Source: Bacilli bacterium (GTDB lineage Bacteria; Bacillota_I; Bacilli_A; RF39; UBA660). Taken from it: DNA of 64,000 nucleotides. Positions 32,467 through 41,401 of the stretch are shown here, piece after piece. Each line of letters begins with the position of its first letter. Positions within the stretch are counted from its first letter, which is position 1. The position numbers and the translations under genes are program-made. Location of the stretch: positions 142,752 to 206,751 of the forward strand of contig JAFWMN010000011.1 in assembly GCA_017513865.1 (NCBI GenBank), given 5' to 3'. The notes beneath the pieces are model-generated. The model did no database searches, was not told the origin of the DNA, and saw only the letters and a list, made by a program, of their open reading frames with translations.

Positions 32467-33565
32467 TTTTCTTCACCTTCAAATCATGATCTTTCGCCAT
32501 GTAAAGTTCAATTGCCTCTTTATATTTTTTAGCTATCGCACTTGTATCAACAACTTTTCGATATTTAACTTTAACATATTCATCACCGATGAGCCGCATA
32601 ACATCTTCTACTGAAAGTTGATCACTGATACTAAGTAATTGATTAACGGTATTTTCTGCAACTTTATTTTGAAGTTCTTCTTTCGGTTTTTCTTCTTCGC
32701 CATCAGCTGATTTCATTATCAAATAATTAAGCATAAATGAGTCATTCATCATCTGTTTCAATGCACCATTATCTTCATATCCATCATTTTTATTTTCATT
32801 TTTGCTACTTGGTTCCATATGTGACTGCATGTAGTTCCAAAGATCTAATGCATATTGAAAATTAACATTTTTTAAAATTAAATTAGTTTTTTTAATTGGT
32901 GAAACTACTGGAGCCACATGTAATTTAGCGATATCTTTATAAACACTTGTACTACATAAATCTGTAATTCGCTGCTCAAGCTTTTCTATTCTACCAGAGA
33001 TATCATCGCCTTTAGCATTCTTATCATCTAAATCACTTTTAATCTGTAAAGCAAGTTCTAATTTTTCTTTATTGACATTTGCTGTACCTCGATACTCTAA
33101 AGAACGATGTTCTTTCTTAAACGTTCCACTAATTGTTTCAGTTTTTTTTCTTTCTATATACATTTTCATATTATTGATAAGCGTATATATAAATCTATTT
33201 TCATAAGTATTAAAACTTTCTTCTTTATTAATATTTAAAATTTTAGAGGGTTTTACCTCATTAGTTTCTGGATCATATTTTTGAATAAAGTTCGTATTTC
33301 TAGATAGATGTTTTATACTATCAACCGTAATTCTTCTAGCAAGTTCAATTTTAACAATTTCCTCTTCATTAACAATAAATCTATTAGGGTTTCTAAGAAT
33401 ATTATCAAGATATCTAACGGTTTCCTCCATCTTCGTAAGCCATTCATCATCATACGCCCCGCTGTTGATTTTTCTTGAAACATTTAACGTTGACTTAACT
33501 GATGAATTAAAAGCTTTTCTTTTAGTATCATCCATATTGTTATAAAGATTAATAATATTGTTCAT
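32447..33565 (-). CDS. DUF2357 (McrC N-terminal-like) protein without a nuclease domain
   Basis: EESFNTYENRFIYTLI and KKTNLILKN.NF..A..LW. No PD-(D/E)xK motif visible. Directly downstream of the McrB-like gene. Confidence 0.75.
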   Translation of the reverse strand: MNNIINLYNNMDDTKRKAFNSSVKSTLNVSRKINSGAYDDEWLTKMEETVRYLDNILRNPNRFIVNEEEIVKIELARRITVDSIKHLSRNTNFIQKYDPETNEVKPSKILNINKEESFNTYENRFIYTLINNMKMYIERKKTETISGTFKKEHRSLEYRGTANVNKEKLELALQIKSDLDDKNAKGDDISGRIEKLEQRITDLCSTSVYKDIAKLHVAPVVSPIKKTNLILKNVNFQYALDLWNYMQSHMEPSSKNENKNDGYEDNGALKQMMNDSFMLNYLIMKSADGEEEKPKEELQNKVAENTVNQLLSISDQLSVEDVMRLIGDEYVKVKYRKVVDTSAIAKKYKEAIELYMAKDHDLKVKKNEKNNE

Positions 33566-33578
33566 AAAATCACTTCCA

Positions 33579-35120
33579 TTAAGTTAGTTTCTTAAGTCTG
33601 AGTAAATACTCCTCACATTCTTTCATAGCCCCTTTACCAAATGTTGTATCTAAAAATTCAATAAACCCATCAATCTCATCGCGAATATATGAGATATTTA
33701 ATTGTTCAAATTTTCTTAAAATTTTTCTGGCAATAAAGTAATCAACACCGTCTACTTCTTTTCCCCCACAAGCCACATAAACTGGTACAAACTTACGCAT
33801 GTGGGCAACAATACGGTTACCGAAAGCGATACGGAAATGTTTAATAACATAATTATCCATTTCCTCTATTTTGTTAAGCATTTCTTGACTTACTTCATTA
33901 TCTTTAATTGCTGTCATAAACATATTGTTTAAATAAGAATAATTAATATCTTGTGCTGGAATATTATCAGGTTCAAAAACTTCACCCTTATCATTTATAT
34001 CAATTGGCATCGCACGGTCGTACACTTTGTCAGTAACCATAAATGTTGAGTCATCGTTGTTGATTGTTCCTATATACCAAACATTAGGGCTTATTTTAAG
34101 TTTTCCATCAATTAATTTAATTGGGTCATTACCCCAACCACTAGAAACAAGCTCAACAATCCACTCATCTTGGTTTGGCATTTCCAAAATAGAAAGCATT
34201 TCTGCAAAATAATACTCAACTCTGGCGATGTTCATTTCATCCAAGATTACTGTAAATATATCATCAGTATATCCTGCTTCATATATAGTTTTAAGAACAT
34301 CAGTTTCATTAAATTTTTTAGTGAATTCGTTAAAATAACCAAATAATTCAGTACGATCACGCCAAGATGGTTGTACAGAAGCTACACATGAATCGTGTTT
34401 CAAGAATTTTCCCCAAGCATAAGCAAGCGATGTTTTACCAGTACCAGAGATACCTTGAAGGATGATTAACTTCGTAGATGCCAGAGCGGCAATAAAGATT
34501 CTAATCATTTCAGTTTTATAATATAAACGAAGTTGACTAGCTGCAAAATGTCTAAATAATTCAACAAGTTCAGGTAATGTAAATGAGTTGTTATAATTTT
34601 TAACAACATAATCTTTAAATTCTTTATCGATATTATTAAGCTTAGCAAATCTTTTGCCTTCATCATCGTCATCCACTGTTTCAGCTGTCGCACTATCATT
34701 TTCAGTTTTAACCTCTTCAGTATCAGGTTGATCTGGTCTCAATCCTAAATGAGATACTTTCATTGCTAAAATATCTTCTTTTTCTTTTACCAATGTTGAA
34801 ACTTCATTATTTAAAGTTGCAACCTCATTTAATAAATCCTCTTGTTCAACAAAACTCTTTCTAAAACGAATATATTTTCTAATTAGTAAAAAGAGCAAGA
34901 AAATAAGTCCACCCATGACAACTACCATTAAAATTATAGAAATAATAATGAATACCCACTCTGAACCATTAAAATCATCCTTATAAAAATTAAAGATTTT
35001 AAGATAACTTCTAAAGTCAAATACTTGCATAATTGCTTTCGCGATTGCATCAGCAATCGTCAAAAAACCACCAAAAAATTGACCTAGAAATTCATACAAA
35101 AATCTTAAAAATGTATCCAT
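33579..35120 (-). CDS. Membrane-anchored, coiled-coil McrB-like AAA+ NTPase
   Basis: N-terminal amphipathic helix, TM and coiled coil. Walker A GISGTGKT, Walker B ILDEMN, ARVEYYFAEMLS, GTINNDDST, VYDRA, FGNR. Confidence 0.85.
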   Translation of the reverse strand: MDTFLRFLYEFLGQFFGGFLTIADAIAKAIMQVFDFRSYLKIFNFYKDDFNGSEWVFIIISIILMVVVMGGLIFLLFLLIRKYIRFRKSFVEQEDLLNEVATLNNEVSTLVKEKEDILAMKVSHLGLRPDQPDTEEVKTENDSATAETVDDDDEGKRFAKLNNIDKEFKDYVVKNYNNSFTLPELVELFRHFAASQLRLYYKTEMIRIFIAALASTKLIILQGISGTGKTSLAYAWGKFLKHDSCVASVQPSWRDRTELFGYFNEFTKKFNETDVLKTIYEAGYTDDIFTVILDEMNIARVEYYFAEMLSILEMPNQDEWIVELVSSGWGNDPIKLIDGKLKISPNVWYIGTINNDDSTFMVTDKVYDRAMPIDINDKGEVFEPDNIPAQDINYSYLNNMFMTAIKDNEVSQEMLNKIEEMDNYVIKHFRIAFGNRIVAHMRKFVPVYVACGGKEVDGVDYFIARKILRKFEQLNISYIRDEIDGFIEFLDTTFGKGAMKECEEYLLRLKKLT

Positions 35121-35131
35121 TATATCACCTT

Positions 35132-36127
35132 CTAACTATTTGGTATACTATTTGGTATATATATAATATTATAATCAACCTTCACCTTATCATAAATTTG
35201 TTCATCATCAGTAACTATAAAAACAAATAATTTAAGTAATTTTAAATTTTCTTCATTAAACTCAAAAGTTTTATCAATTTTTAAAGCCACTTTATACCCT
35301 TCTCTTGTAAGTTCAAACACTTTTTCTCTATTAGAAAGAAAATCTTCATAGCTTAGCTTTAATATTAATTTTTCTTTTATAATATCATTATTTATATATT
35401 TTAATAATCTTTGATTTTTTTTAGGTTTGCTGGCTATTGAAAACTCATAATCAACAATATAAGTTTTTGTAAAGTTTCCCTTAATAATATCTTGTAAAGC
35501 TCTAACTGTTGCAATCGGATAAGTTACAAAAAGCTTTTGCTCACTAATACTTTTACTGTTGAAAACTTTACTAATCGCATAATCACTATATAATTTAGAA
35601 AATTTTAAGTTGTGCTCTAACACACAATAAAATATTTGGTCTTTAACTTTAACATAATTCATTGTAAAATTTTTATCATCAAAACTTTCTAAAAACTCTT
35701 TTTTAGCCAACAAATCTTTCTCAAGCATATTATATAATTTGGCTTCAAAATCACTATCAACCAATTTTAAATAAACTATTCGCACTTTTTTTATTTCATT
35801 TATTATTTTTCTAGCTGAATCGCATTCCACAACCCCATCAAAAACTAAAATATATTTAAACATTTGGAACATATATTTTGCTTTATCCCTAAACTTAAGA
35901 TCATCCTTTACTTTTTGCAAAGATTTTTTTAAATAGTAAACAATATTTTCTTCAAATCGCTCACTAACAACTGGATATAAATTATAATACCTTGTGTTAA
36001 TATATGCATTAATCAAATCATCATATATATCCTGATCAAAATAATGTTCCAAAATAAGCTCTAAATATCTCTTAATCGCATTTTGTGAATAAGAAATATA
36101 CTCTGTGGCAATATCATAGTTCATCAA
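35132..36127 (-). CDS. Hypothetical protein, C-terminal half resembling a degenerate EAL domain
   Basis: Spacing of LILKLSY...ELTREGYKVALKID...LKLLKLFVFIVTD parallels EAL LEITE...L...G..IA.DDF...L..L..D.IKID. Acidic catalytic residues are absent. Confidence 0.45.
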   Translation of the reverse strand: MMNYDIATEYISYSQNAIKRYLELILEHYFDQDIYDDLINAYINTRYYNLYPVVSERFEENIVYYLKKSLQKVKDDLKFRDKAKYMFQMFKYILVFDGVVECDSARKIINEIKKVRIVYLKLVDSDFEAKLYNMLEKDLLAKKEFLESFDDKNFTMNYVKVKDQIFYCVLEHNLKFSKLYSDYAISKVFNSKSISEQKLFVTYPIATVRALQDIIKGNFTKTYIVDYEFSIASKPKKNQRLLKYINNDIIKEKLILKLSYEDFLSNREKVFELTREGYKVALKIDKTFEFNEENLKLLKLFVFIVTDDEQIYDKVKVDYNIIYIPNSIPNS

Positions 36128-36135
36128 ACCAGCTC

Positions 36136-37083
36136 CTAATATCTATAAGTAACAGTTAAAACATTACTATTACTATAATCGGCATTTTTATTCTTTTTAT
36201 AAAATTTAATAACACTACTAATGCTTGAATCCATATCAAATTTAAATTTTTTAACATAATTGTATCCACCGATAGATTGTGTTTCGATATCATATGCTTT
36301 AATAAAATCAGAAGATGTATTATCTATTAAAACAACCGTTGGGTCAAAGGCAACTGTAATTATTGCGGAAGCACACTTTCTTTTATTAATATCGGTAAGA
36401 ACATCATATATAGCTTTACTAATGTGGTTTCCCTCTGTATAAGTAACAGTATTTCCAGAAACAGTATCACTAAAACTCTCTTTAACAAGATAAGAATCCA
36501 AAGTATTTGTAACCCTAAGTGTCAAATAAGGATCACCTGCACTATCTTCAATTGAATGTCCAAGGCCATATTTACCAACAATCAAAGTAAAAGTAGCAGA
36601 AAGTTCCTTCACATAAGGACTTGTAGATGAAGCATAAACACTAAAAGTGACACTATCATTATCATTAAAAATTGCATTCGGTGTCATGGTAAAAGTAAAA
36701 TTATCAGTATTTGAATTTGCTGAAACTGTCCCACTCGTTTTAGACAAACTACATATAACATTGTTAGGGCAAGAATATCTAGTTGTATATGTTATATCAT
36801 GAGAACTTTTCAATTTGTCATTTTTAAAACTATTTATATTTATAGCAATATCATAAGGATCTACACCATTCCAATAATTCAAAGAATAACTAGCTGCCGG
36901 ATCTTTTAATTTATCACTTTCAAAAAAGAAATTTTGTGTTAAAAAATATAAATTTAAAACTCTTTTGTAAACATATTTACCAAAACTAACAGTTAAGGTA
37001 AGAGACATCATACATATGAAAACAACGATGATATATTTTTTAACCTTTGAAAGTTTATGAACTCTAATTTTTCTTTTCAGCAT
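36136..37083 (-). CDS. SipW-type-signal-peptide protein (minor filament subunit candidate)
   Basis: Basic N-terminus, hydrophobic helix, VSFG|KY, FFFESDKL, Ser/Thr-rich beta domains. Confidence 0.6.
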   Translation of the reverse strand: MLKRKIRVHKLSKVKKYIIVVFICMMSLTLTVSFGKYVYKRVLNLYFLTQNFFFESDKLKDPAASYSLNYWNGVDPYDIAININSFKNDKLKSSHDITYTTRYSCPNNVICSLSKTSGTVSANSNTDNFTFTMTPNAIFNDNDSVTFSVYASSTSPYVKELSATFTLIVGKYGLGHSIEDSAGDPYLTLRVTNTLDSYLVKESFSDTVSGNTVTYTEGNHISKAIYDVLTDINKRKCASAIITVAFDPTVVLIDNTSSDFIKAYDIETQSIGGYNYVKKFKFDMDSSISSVIKFYKKNKNADYSNSNVLTVTYRY

Positions 37084-37552
37084 ATTTATACTTCTTTAAC
37101 AAAATTATAAAATAAATAATTATTGGAATTATCACAAACAGTAAATATCCTATTTTGCTAGTAAAAAACACATATAAATATCCAAGTAATGGTATATGAA
37201 TACTGGAACTAGTTGTCCCAACAATATATTCACTAGATAAAAATTCATTATCCCGAATCACGTATGTAAGACTATCAGTATCTAATACTTTTTTAACAAC
37301 TTCGCTATTCAAAAAATTGGTTCCACTACTAGTATCATAGAAAAGTATTTCATCACCAACTTTTATATCATCTTTGTTTAAAATAATAAATAAATCACCT
37401 TTTTTTAAAGTAGAAATATTTCTTTCACTATCGGCAATAGTGACATTACCAATTTTACTATCTGAAAACTTATTAAAAGTAAATAGTAATATCGTGGTTA
37501 CTATTACAAATAAAGCATAAATAGTCAGAAGTACATACTTAGCTACTCTCAT
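37064..37552 (-). CDS. Catalytically degenerate SipW-like protein
   Basis: SipW topology (TM, KGDL..I, IKVGDEILFY, YIVG, IPLLGY, C-terminal TM GYLLFVIIP) but no GSM serine or HR histidine. Confidence 0.65.
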   Translation of the reverse strand: MRVAKYVLLTIYALFVIVTTILLFTFNKFSDSKIGNVTIADSERNISTLKKGDLFIILNKDDIKVGDEILFYDTSSGTNFLNSEVVKKVLDTDSLTYVIRDNEFLSSEYIVGTTSSSIHIPLLGYLYVFFTSKIGYLLFVIIPIIIYFIILLKKYKYAEKKN

Positions 37553-37713
37553 CTAGCATCACCATAATAATTGTATCATAAATTTAAAGTATTTTAAAGT
37601 ATTACCACGAATAAAACCCTACTCTTTTAAAAAAAATGATATAAAATTTTTGATTAAGTAATAAATAGTATTCATAAGTTGTTTTTTTTGGCACAAAACA
37701 TCTGTTAAAGCAC

Positions 37714-37737
37714 AAAAAAAGGAAGTAAATACTTCCT
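37714..37737 (-). terminator. Intrinsic terminator after 37743..38786
   Basis: AGGAAGT-ATTT-ACTTCCT followed by T run on the minus strand. Confidence 0.7.
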
Positions 37738-37742
37738 AAATA

Positions 37743-38786
37743 TTATCCACCTTGTGATTGAGAGGTAATAGATACATCCACAATACTAAATTGTAAGTAG
37801 AAACTGATTTCTCCACCTGATGCATTGTTTTCACAGTCAACATCTTGTCCTTCAACCCACATATAAATACGCATTTTTGTAATACCAGCTAACAAACCAT
37901 TTGCTGCCGTTAATGTTTGACTAGTTGTATAACCTTCAACCGTTTTAATATCTGGATTAACATCAGTAAAATATTCAGAATGTAAAGTTTGTGTGGCTTG
38001 TTCACGTTTGATGCCTAAAGTATCAGCAAACTCTGCTTTTACTCCTGAATATGGAACCCAAGCATTACTAGTACCTTGACTTAAAGTCGTAATACCATAA
38101 GGGCTTATTGCGTTAGCAACACCATCGGCTGTATGAACATTGTAATTAGGCTCCCAAATTTTAACAGTTGATGAAGTTCCATCATTTAAAGCTCTAATGT
38201 TAGCAATAGAATCAGAAGTTGTCGTATGACCTAGTGTAACAAAAGCAACTCTAGTAGCATTTTTAATACCACTATCAGAATTTCTAAACGTTACTCGTGA
38301 GTTCGGAGTCATATATAAAGTTTCATTACTTTCGTTTTTAAGGAAAATATCAAACGCTATAAATTTACCTGAAGCTGTCGTATTAGTTTCAACAGATTGA
38401 GTTGCACTTAACACAAAGTCTCCGGTTGTCTCGTTAGCTATAACTTGCCCTAAAAACATTTTCATTTTACCAGTTGCATCCACATCACCAATTGTTGAAA
38501 CTGGTTCAAGCGTAGATGGAACTTGGTTAACCGCTGCTGTATATGTTGCAGAAGCCCCAGTTATATCAGAATTTATTAAAACTGACTTCCAGTTACTACC
38601 ATCTGCCGAAATTTGGATACCACTAGATGTAGATACGTTTACATCGATTGGGCTAATTGTTACTTTTTGGTTAGCCGTGAACCATGCAAATGATGCTGTT
38701 CCTAAAAACACGCCTGCGGCAAGTAATAACAAAAGAGTTAATAATAATCTTCTTTGTTTTCTTCCATTATTTTTTTGATTTGCCAT
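37743..38786 (-). CDS. SipW-type-signal-peptide protein, probable major filament subunit (TasA/CalY-like)
   Basis: RKQRR, Leu-rich helix, TASFA|WFTAN, C-terminal IYMWVEGQDVDC. Has its own promoter, AGGAGG RBS and terminator. Confidence 0.7.
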   Translation of the reverse strand: MANQKNNGRKQRRLLLTLLLLLAAGVFLGTASFAWFTANQKVTISPIDVNVSTSSGIQISADGSNWKSVLINSDITGASATYTAAVNQVPSTLEPVSTIGDVDATGKMKMFLGQVIANETTGDFVLSATQSVETNTTASGKFIAFDIFLKNESNETLYMTPNSRVTFRNSDSGIKNATRVAFVTLGHTTTSDSIANIRALNDGTSSTVKIWEPNYNVHTADGVANAISPYGITTLSQGTSNAWVPYSGVKAEFADTLGIKREQATQTLHSEYFTDVNPDIKTVEGYTTSQTLTAANGLLAGITKMRIYMWVEGQDVDCENNASGGEISFYLQFSIVDVSITSQSQGG

Positions 38787-38810
38787 AAAATCCTCCTACT
38801 TTCTACTACC

Positions 38811-38839
38811 ATAATAACATATTTTAAAAAAAACGACAA
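38811..38839 (-). promoter_or_regulatory. Extended -10 sigma-A promoter for 37743..38786
   Basis: TTGTCG (38839-38834), N17, TATTAT (38816-38811) preceded by TG. Confidence 0.7.
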
Positions 38840-38856
38840 TACTTTATTTAAAAAAA

Positions 38857-39420
38857 TTATGTTTGCTCTGCATCAACTGTAACTTCAATCACATCAATCA
38901 AATCTTGAAAAATCGCACTTCTATAAGAAACAGGAAAATTAATGACTAAAGTGTATGTATCAGTTTTCTGAACACCATGGACAAAACTACCAACTTGGGG
39001 ATTATATCTATAAAAGTACATTCCATCATCATCTTGAATTGTTTCTTTAGTACCGATAATATCTGTGTCCCCACCATTCGCATATAACTTATAAGAAACA
39101 GGGACATTAGTCGTTGTTTTTATCCGTAAAGTATAATCCATATCAACTTCACTAGTCTTTCCGTTTTTAAAATTTGAAACAGTAATACTATAACTAAAAT
39201 TTGAGCCATCAGGAGCTAACTCTCCAATTTTTATTTGCTGAGTTTGAGGGATAGGATCAATTACATAAAAAGCAATTTTGTTAGAAACAGTCCCTTCAGC
39301 ATCACTATGAAAAATTGAAAACACTGTTTTCATTAAAATTAATATGATAAAAAAACCAAAAACAGAAATGGTAATTTTATTAAATAATGTAAACTTTTGC
39401 TTATTTAACACTAGAACCAC
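38857..39420 (-). CDS. SipW-type-signal-peptide protein (minor subunit candidate)
   Basis: Hydrophobic helix, KTVFS|IF, ELAPDG, YSITVSNFKNGKTSEVDMDY (similar to the 36136 protein). Confidence 0.6.
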   Translation of the reverse strand: MVLVLNKQKFTLFNKITISVFGFFIILILMKTVFSIFHSDAEGTVSNKIAFYVIDPIPQTQQIKIGELAPDGSNFSYSITVSNFKNGKTSEVDMDYTLRIKTTTNVPVSYKLYANGGDTDIIGTKETIQDDDGMYFYRYNPQVGSFVHGVQKTDTYTLVINFPVSYRSAIFQDLIDVIEVTVDAEQT

Positions 39421-39976
39421 CCTTTTTGATTTTTATTCCCGAATAATAAATGCCAAAATCATCACTTTTTGTCAAAATTCTTTTCCCAGTATAAGAAAAA
39501 GCTAATGAGAACATAAACAATGTAAAACAAACTAATATAATGATTTTAGGCGTCGTAAAAACCTTATACCAGACACCCATATTTGGAAGGATTTTTACAA
39601 CTTTTCCGACAACCTGATCTTTTCCAATTTGCTTATCTCTAGCATTATTCGCATCACCTTTAGTAACAAAACCATTGCCGGTTTTAGAAATAACTCTATG
39701 GGTGACTAAAATATCACCATCTTTATAAGTTATAACATCATCAACATCGACATTTTTAGTTATCTTAACTAAAATTAAATCATTTGTCGTAATTGTTGGA
39801 GCCATACTGTTACTACCTATTTGAAATAACGTATGTGAAAAGAAACTAGCATAACTGTTGGATAGAATATTTAAAGAAACAAATAAATATATACAAATAC
39901 CCAAAACAATAAATAATAATGCCGAAAACACTTTACTCACTATCTTTACAAAACTATATAAATAGTCTCTTTTCAT
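39401..39976 (-). CDS. sipW: Signal peptidase I, SipW/ER-type (S26B), intact
   Basis: SNSMAPT catalytic Ser, VTHRV His, TKGDANN..D. Confidence 0.92.
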   Translation of the reverse strand: MKRDYLYSFVKIVSKVFSALLFIVLGICIYLFVSLNILSNSYASFFSHTLFQIGSNSMAPTITTNDLILVKITKNVDVDDVITYKDGDILVTHRVISKTGNGFVTKGDANNARDKQIGKDQVVGKVVKILPNMGVWYKVFTTPKIIILVCFTLFMFSLAFSYTGKRILTKSDDFGIYYSGIKIKKGGSSVK

Positions 39977-39992
39977 ATTCTATCACCACCTT

Positions 39993-40562
39993 CTATTCTA
40001 TATGCTGACTAAAACTAATACTAACTGGTATTTCAAAATAACCATCAGCTGATCCCATCGCTGAATCAGTAACATCATGATTACCATCATCATTCCAAGT
40101 AAAAGTTACTCTTATAGTATCTGTTACACCATTAATTATATCAGATAAAGGAAAAACTCTACCATAAACGCCATTATTAGCCGTAAGATTAGTCCCGTTA
40201 ATTCCCTGAATACTATCGATCGTAATTTGATCATACAAAGAATTACTTAAATCAATAGATATTTGATACTCAAAAGAAACTTCCGTATCCCCTGGATCAA
40301 TTTCAAGGAGAAAAGAACCAGTAACCCCTGGTGCAAATCTACCCGCACTAACACTTTGATTATTTGTATAAGTTATATTATCAACATAAAAAGTATTAGT
40401 TGTATTATTTAAATCATAATCATTAACATATATGTGCCACTTTGCTATATCTATATCGCTATCTTCAGTAAACCTTGTTTCAAAAACACCAAAACTTCTA
40501 GTAATTTGAAAAAAAGTTAAAACAAGAAATAGACAACTTATAACTGTTAACGTTTTTTTCAT
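39993..40562 (-). CDS. SipW-type-signal-peptide protein (minor subunit candidate)
   Basis: MKKTL start at 40562 coupled to the upstream stop. TRSFG|VF, AKWHI.VN, FAPG, TWNDDG..D.TDS.MG. Confidence 0.65.
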   Translation of the reverse strand: MKKTLTVISCLFLVLTFFQITRSFGVFETRFTEDSDIDIAKWHIYVNDYDLNNTTNTFYVDNITYTNNQSVSAGRFAPGVTGSFLLEIDPGDTEVSFEYQISIDLSNSLYDQITIDSIQGINGTNLTANNGVYGRVFPLSDIINGVTDTIRVTFTWNDDGNHDVTDSAMGSADGYFEIPVSISFSQHIE

Positions 40563-40563
40563 A

Positions 40564-41349
40564 TTATAAATATTCAATGTCATCTTTTTCTGAAGAAGTT
40601 TGATTGGTTACTTGAACCTCAGGTGTAACAGGCTTTTCCGCACCTTGATCTTGAACCTGCTTTTCAGTAGTTACTTGTGATTCTACTGCTGGAGTTTCAA
40701 CTACTGGCTCTGCTACTGGTGCAGCCTCTACTTTTGGAGCTTCAGTCACTGGTGTTTCAACCTCTGTAGTAGCTACTGCAGGCTGAACTTCTTGAGCTGG
40801 CTCTACTATTTTAACAGGTTCTTCTTTAGCTTCTTCAGCTGGCGCTTTTAACTCTTTTACAAATCTATAAATGGCATAGAAGAAAAGTAATAATGCTGGT
40901 AAAATTACCAAAATTAAGAAACCATACTGTGATTCAAATATATATAATATTTTTCCTACATTATGATAAACTTTAGCAGTAGATGTCTTACCAATAACTA
41001 AATCACTAGAAACGAGGTGTTCTCCATTTATATTAAAAGCAACTTCAGCATCAGAATTTTCTACTGTTGCTGTGACTTTACCATATCTTACTTTAGATTC
41101 ACCCTTAGTAATTTCATAGAAGAAAATTTCATCACCCGAAGTGATTTCGCTATCCGGATTCTTTGTAAAAATAGCTAAATCCCCATCTTCATACATGTCA
41201 CTTTCATTATCAATGATAATAAAAGTTTTGTCTTTTATCTGTGTAACTTTATATTGGTTATAACAAAGCAAACATACAGTTGCAAATAAAATTACTGCCA
41301 AATAAATAGTACCAATAATCCCTAAAATAATTTTTAAAAACTTTTTCAT
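40564..41349 (-). CDS. Catalytically degenerate SipW-like protein with Pro/Ala/Glu/Val-rich cytoplasmic tail
   Basis: TM, EDGDLAIF, ITSGDEIFFY, LVIGK, YGFLILVILP TM. No catalytic Ser or His. About 95-aa low-complexity tail. ATG at 41349 is 7 nt from GAGGAG. Confidence 0.65.
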   Translation of the reverse strand: MKKFLKIILGIIGTIYLAVILFATVCLLCYNQYKVTQIKDKTFIIIDNESDMYEDGDLAIFTKNPDSEITSGDEIFFYEITKGESKVRYGKVTATVENSDAEVAFNINGEHLVSSDLVIGKTSTAKVYHNVGKILYIFESQYGFLILVILPALLLFFYAIYRFVKELKAPAEEAKEEPVKIVEPAQEVQPAVATTEVETPVTEAPKVEAAPVAEPVVETPAVESQVTTEKQVQDQGAEKPVTPEVQVTNQTSSEKDDIEYL

Positions 41350-41401
41350 ATCCACACTCCTCTATCATAATTCTATCACAAAATAATAAATTTACATAGT
41401 A

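Noticed and set aside
32447-35120. Classical McrBC type IV restriction system
   Set aside because: No methylcytosine-binding domain or PD-(D/E)xK nuclease is visible, the NTPase is membrane-anchored, and the context is a secretion/filament operon. A defence role cannot be fully excluded.
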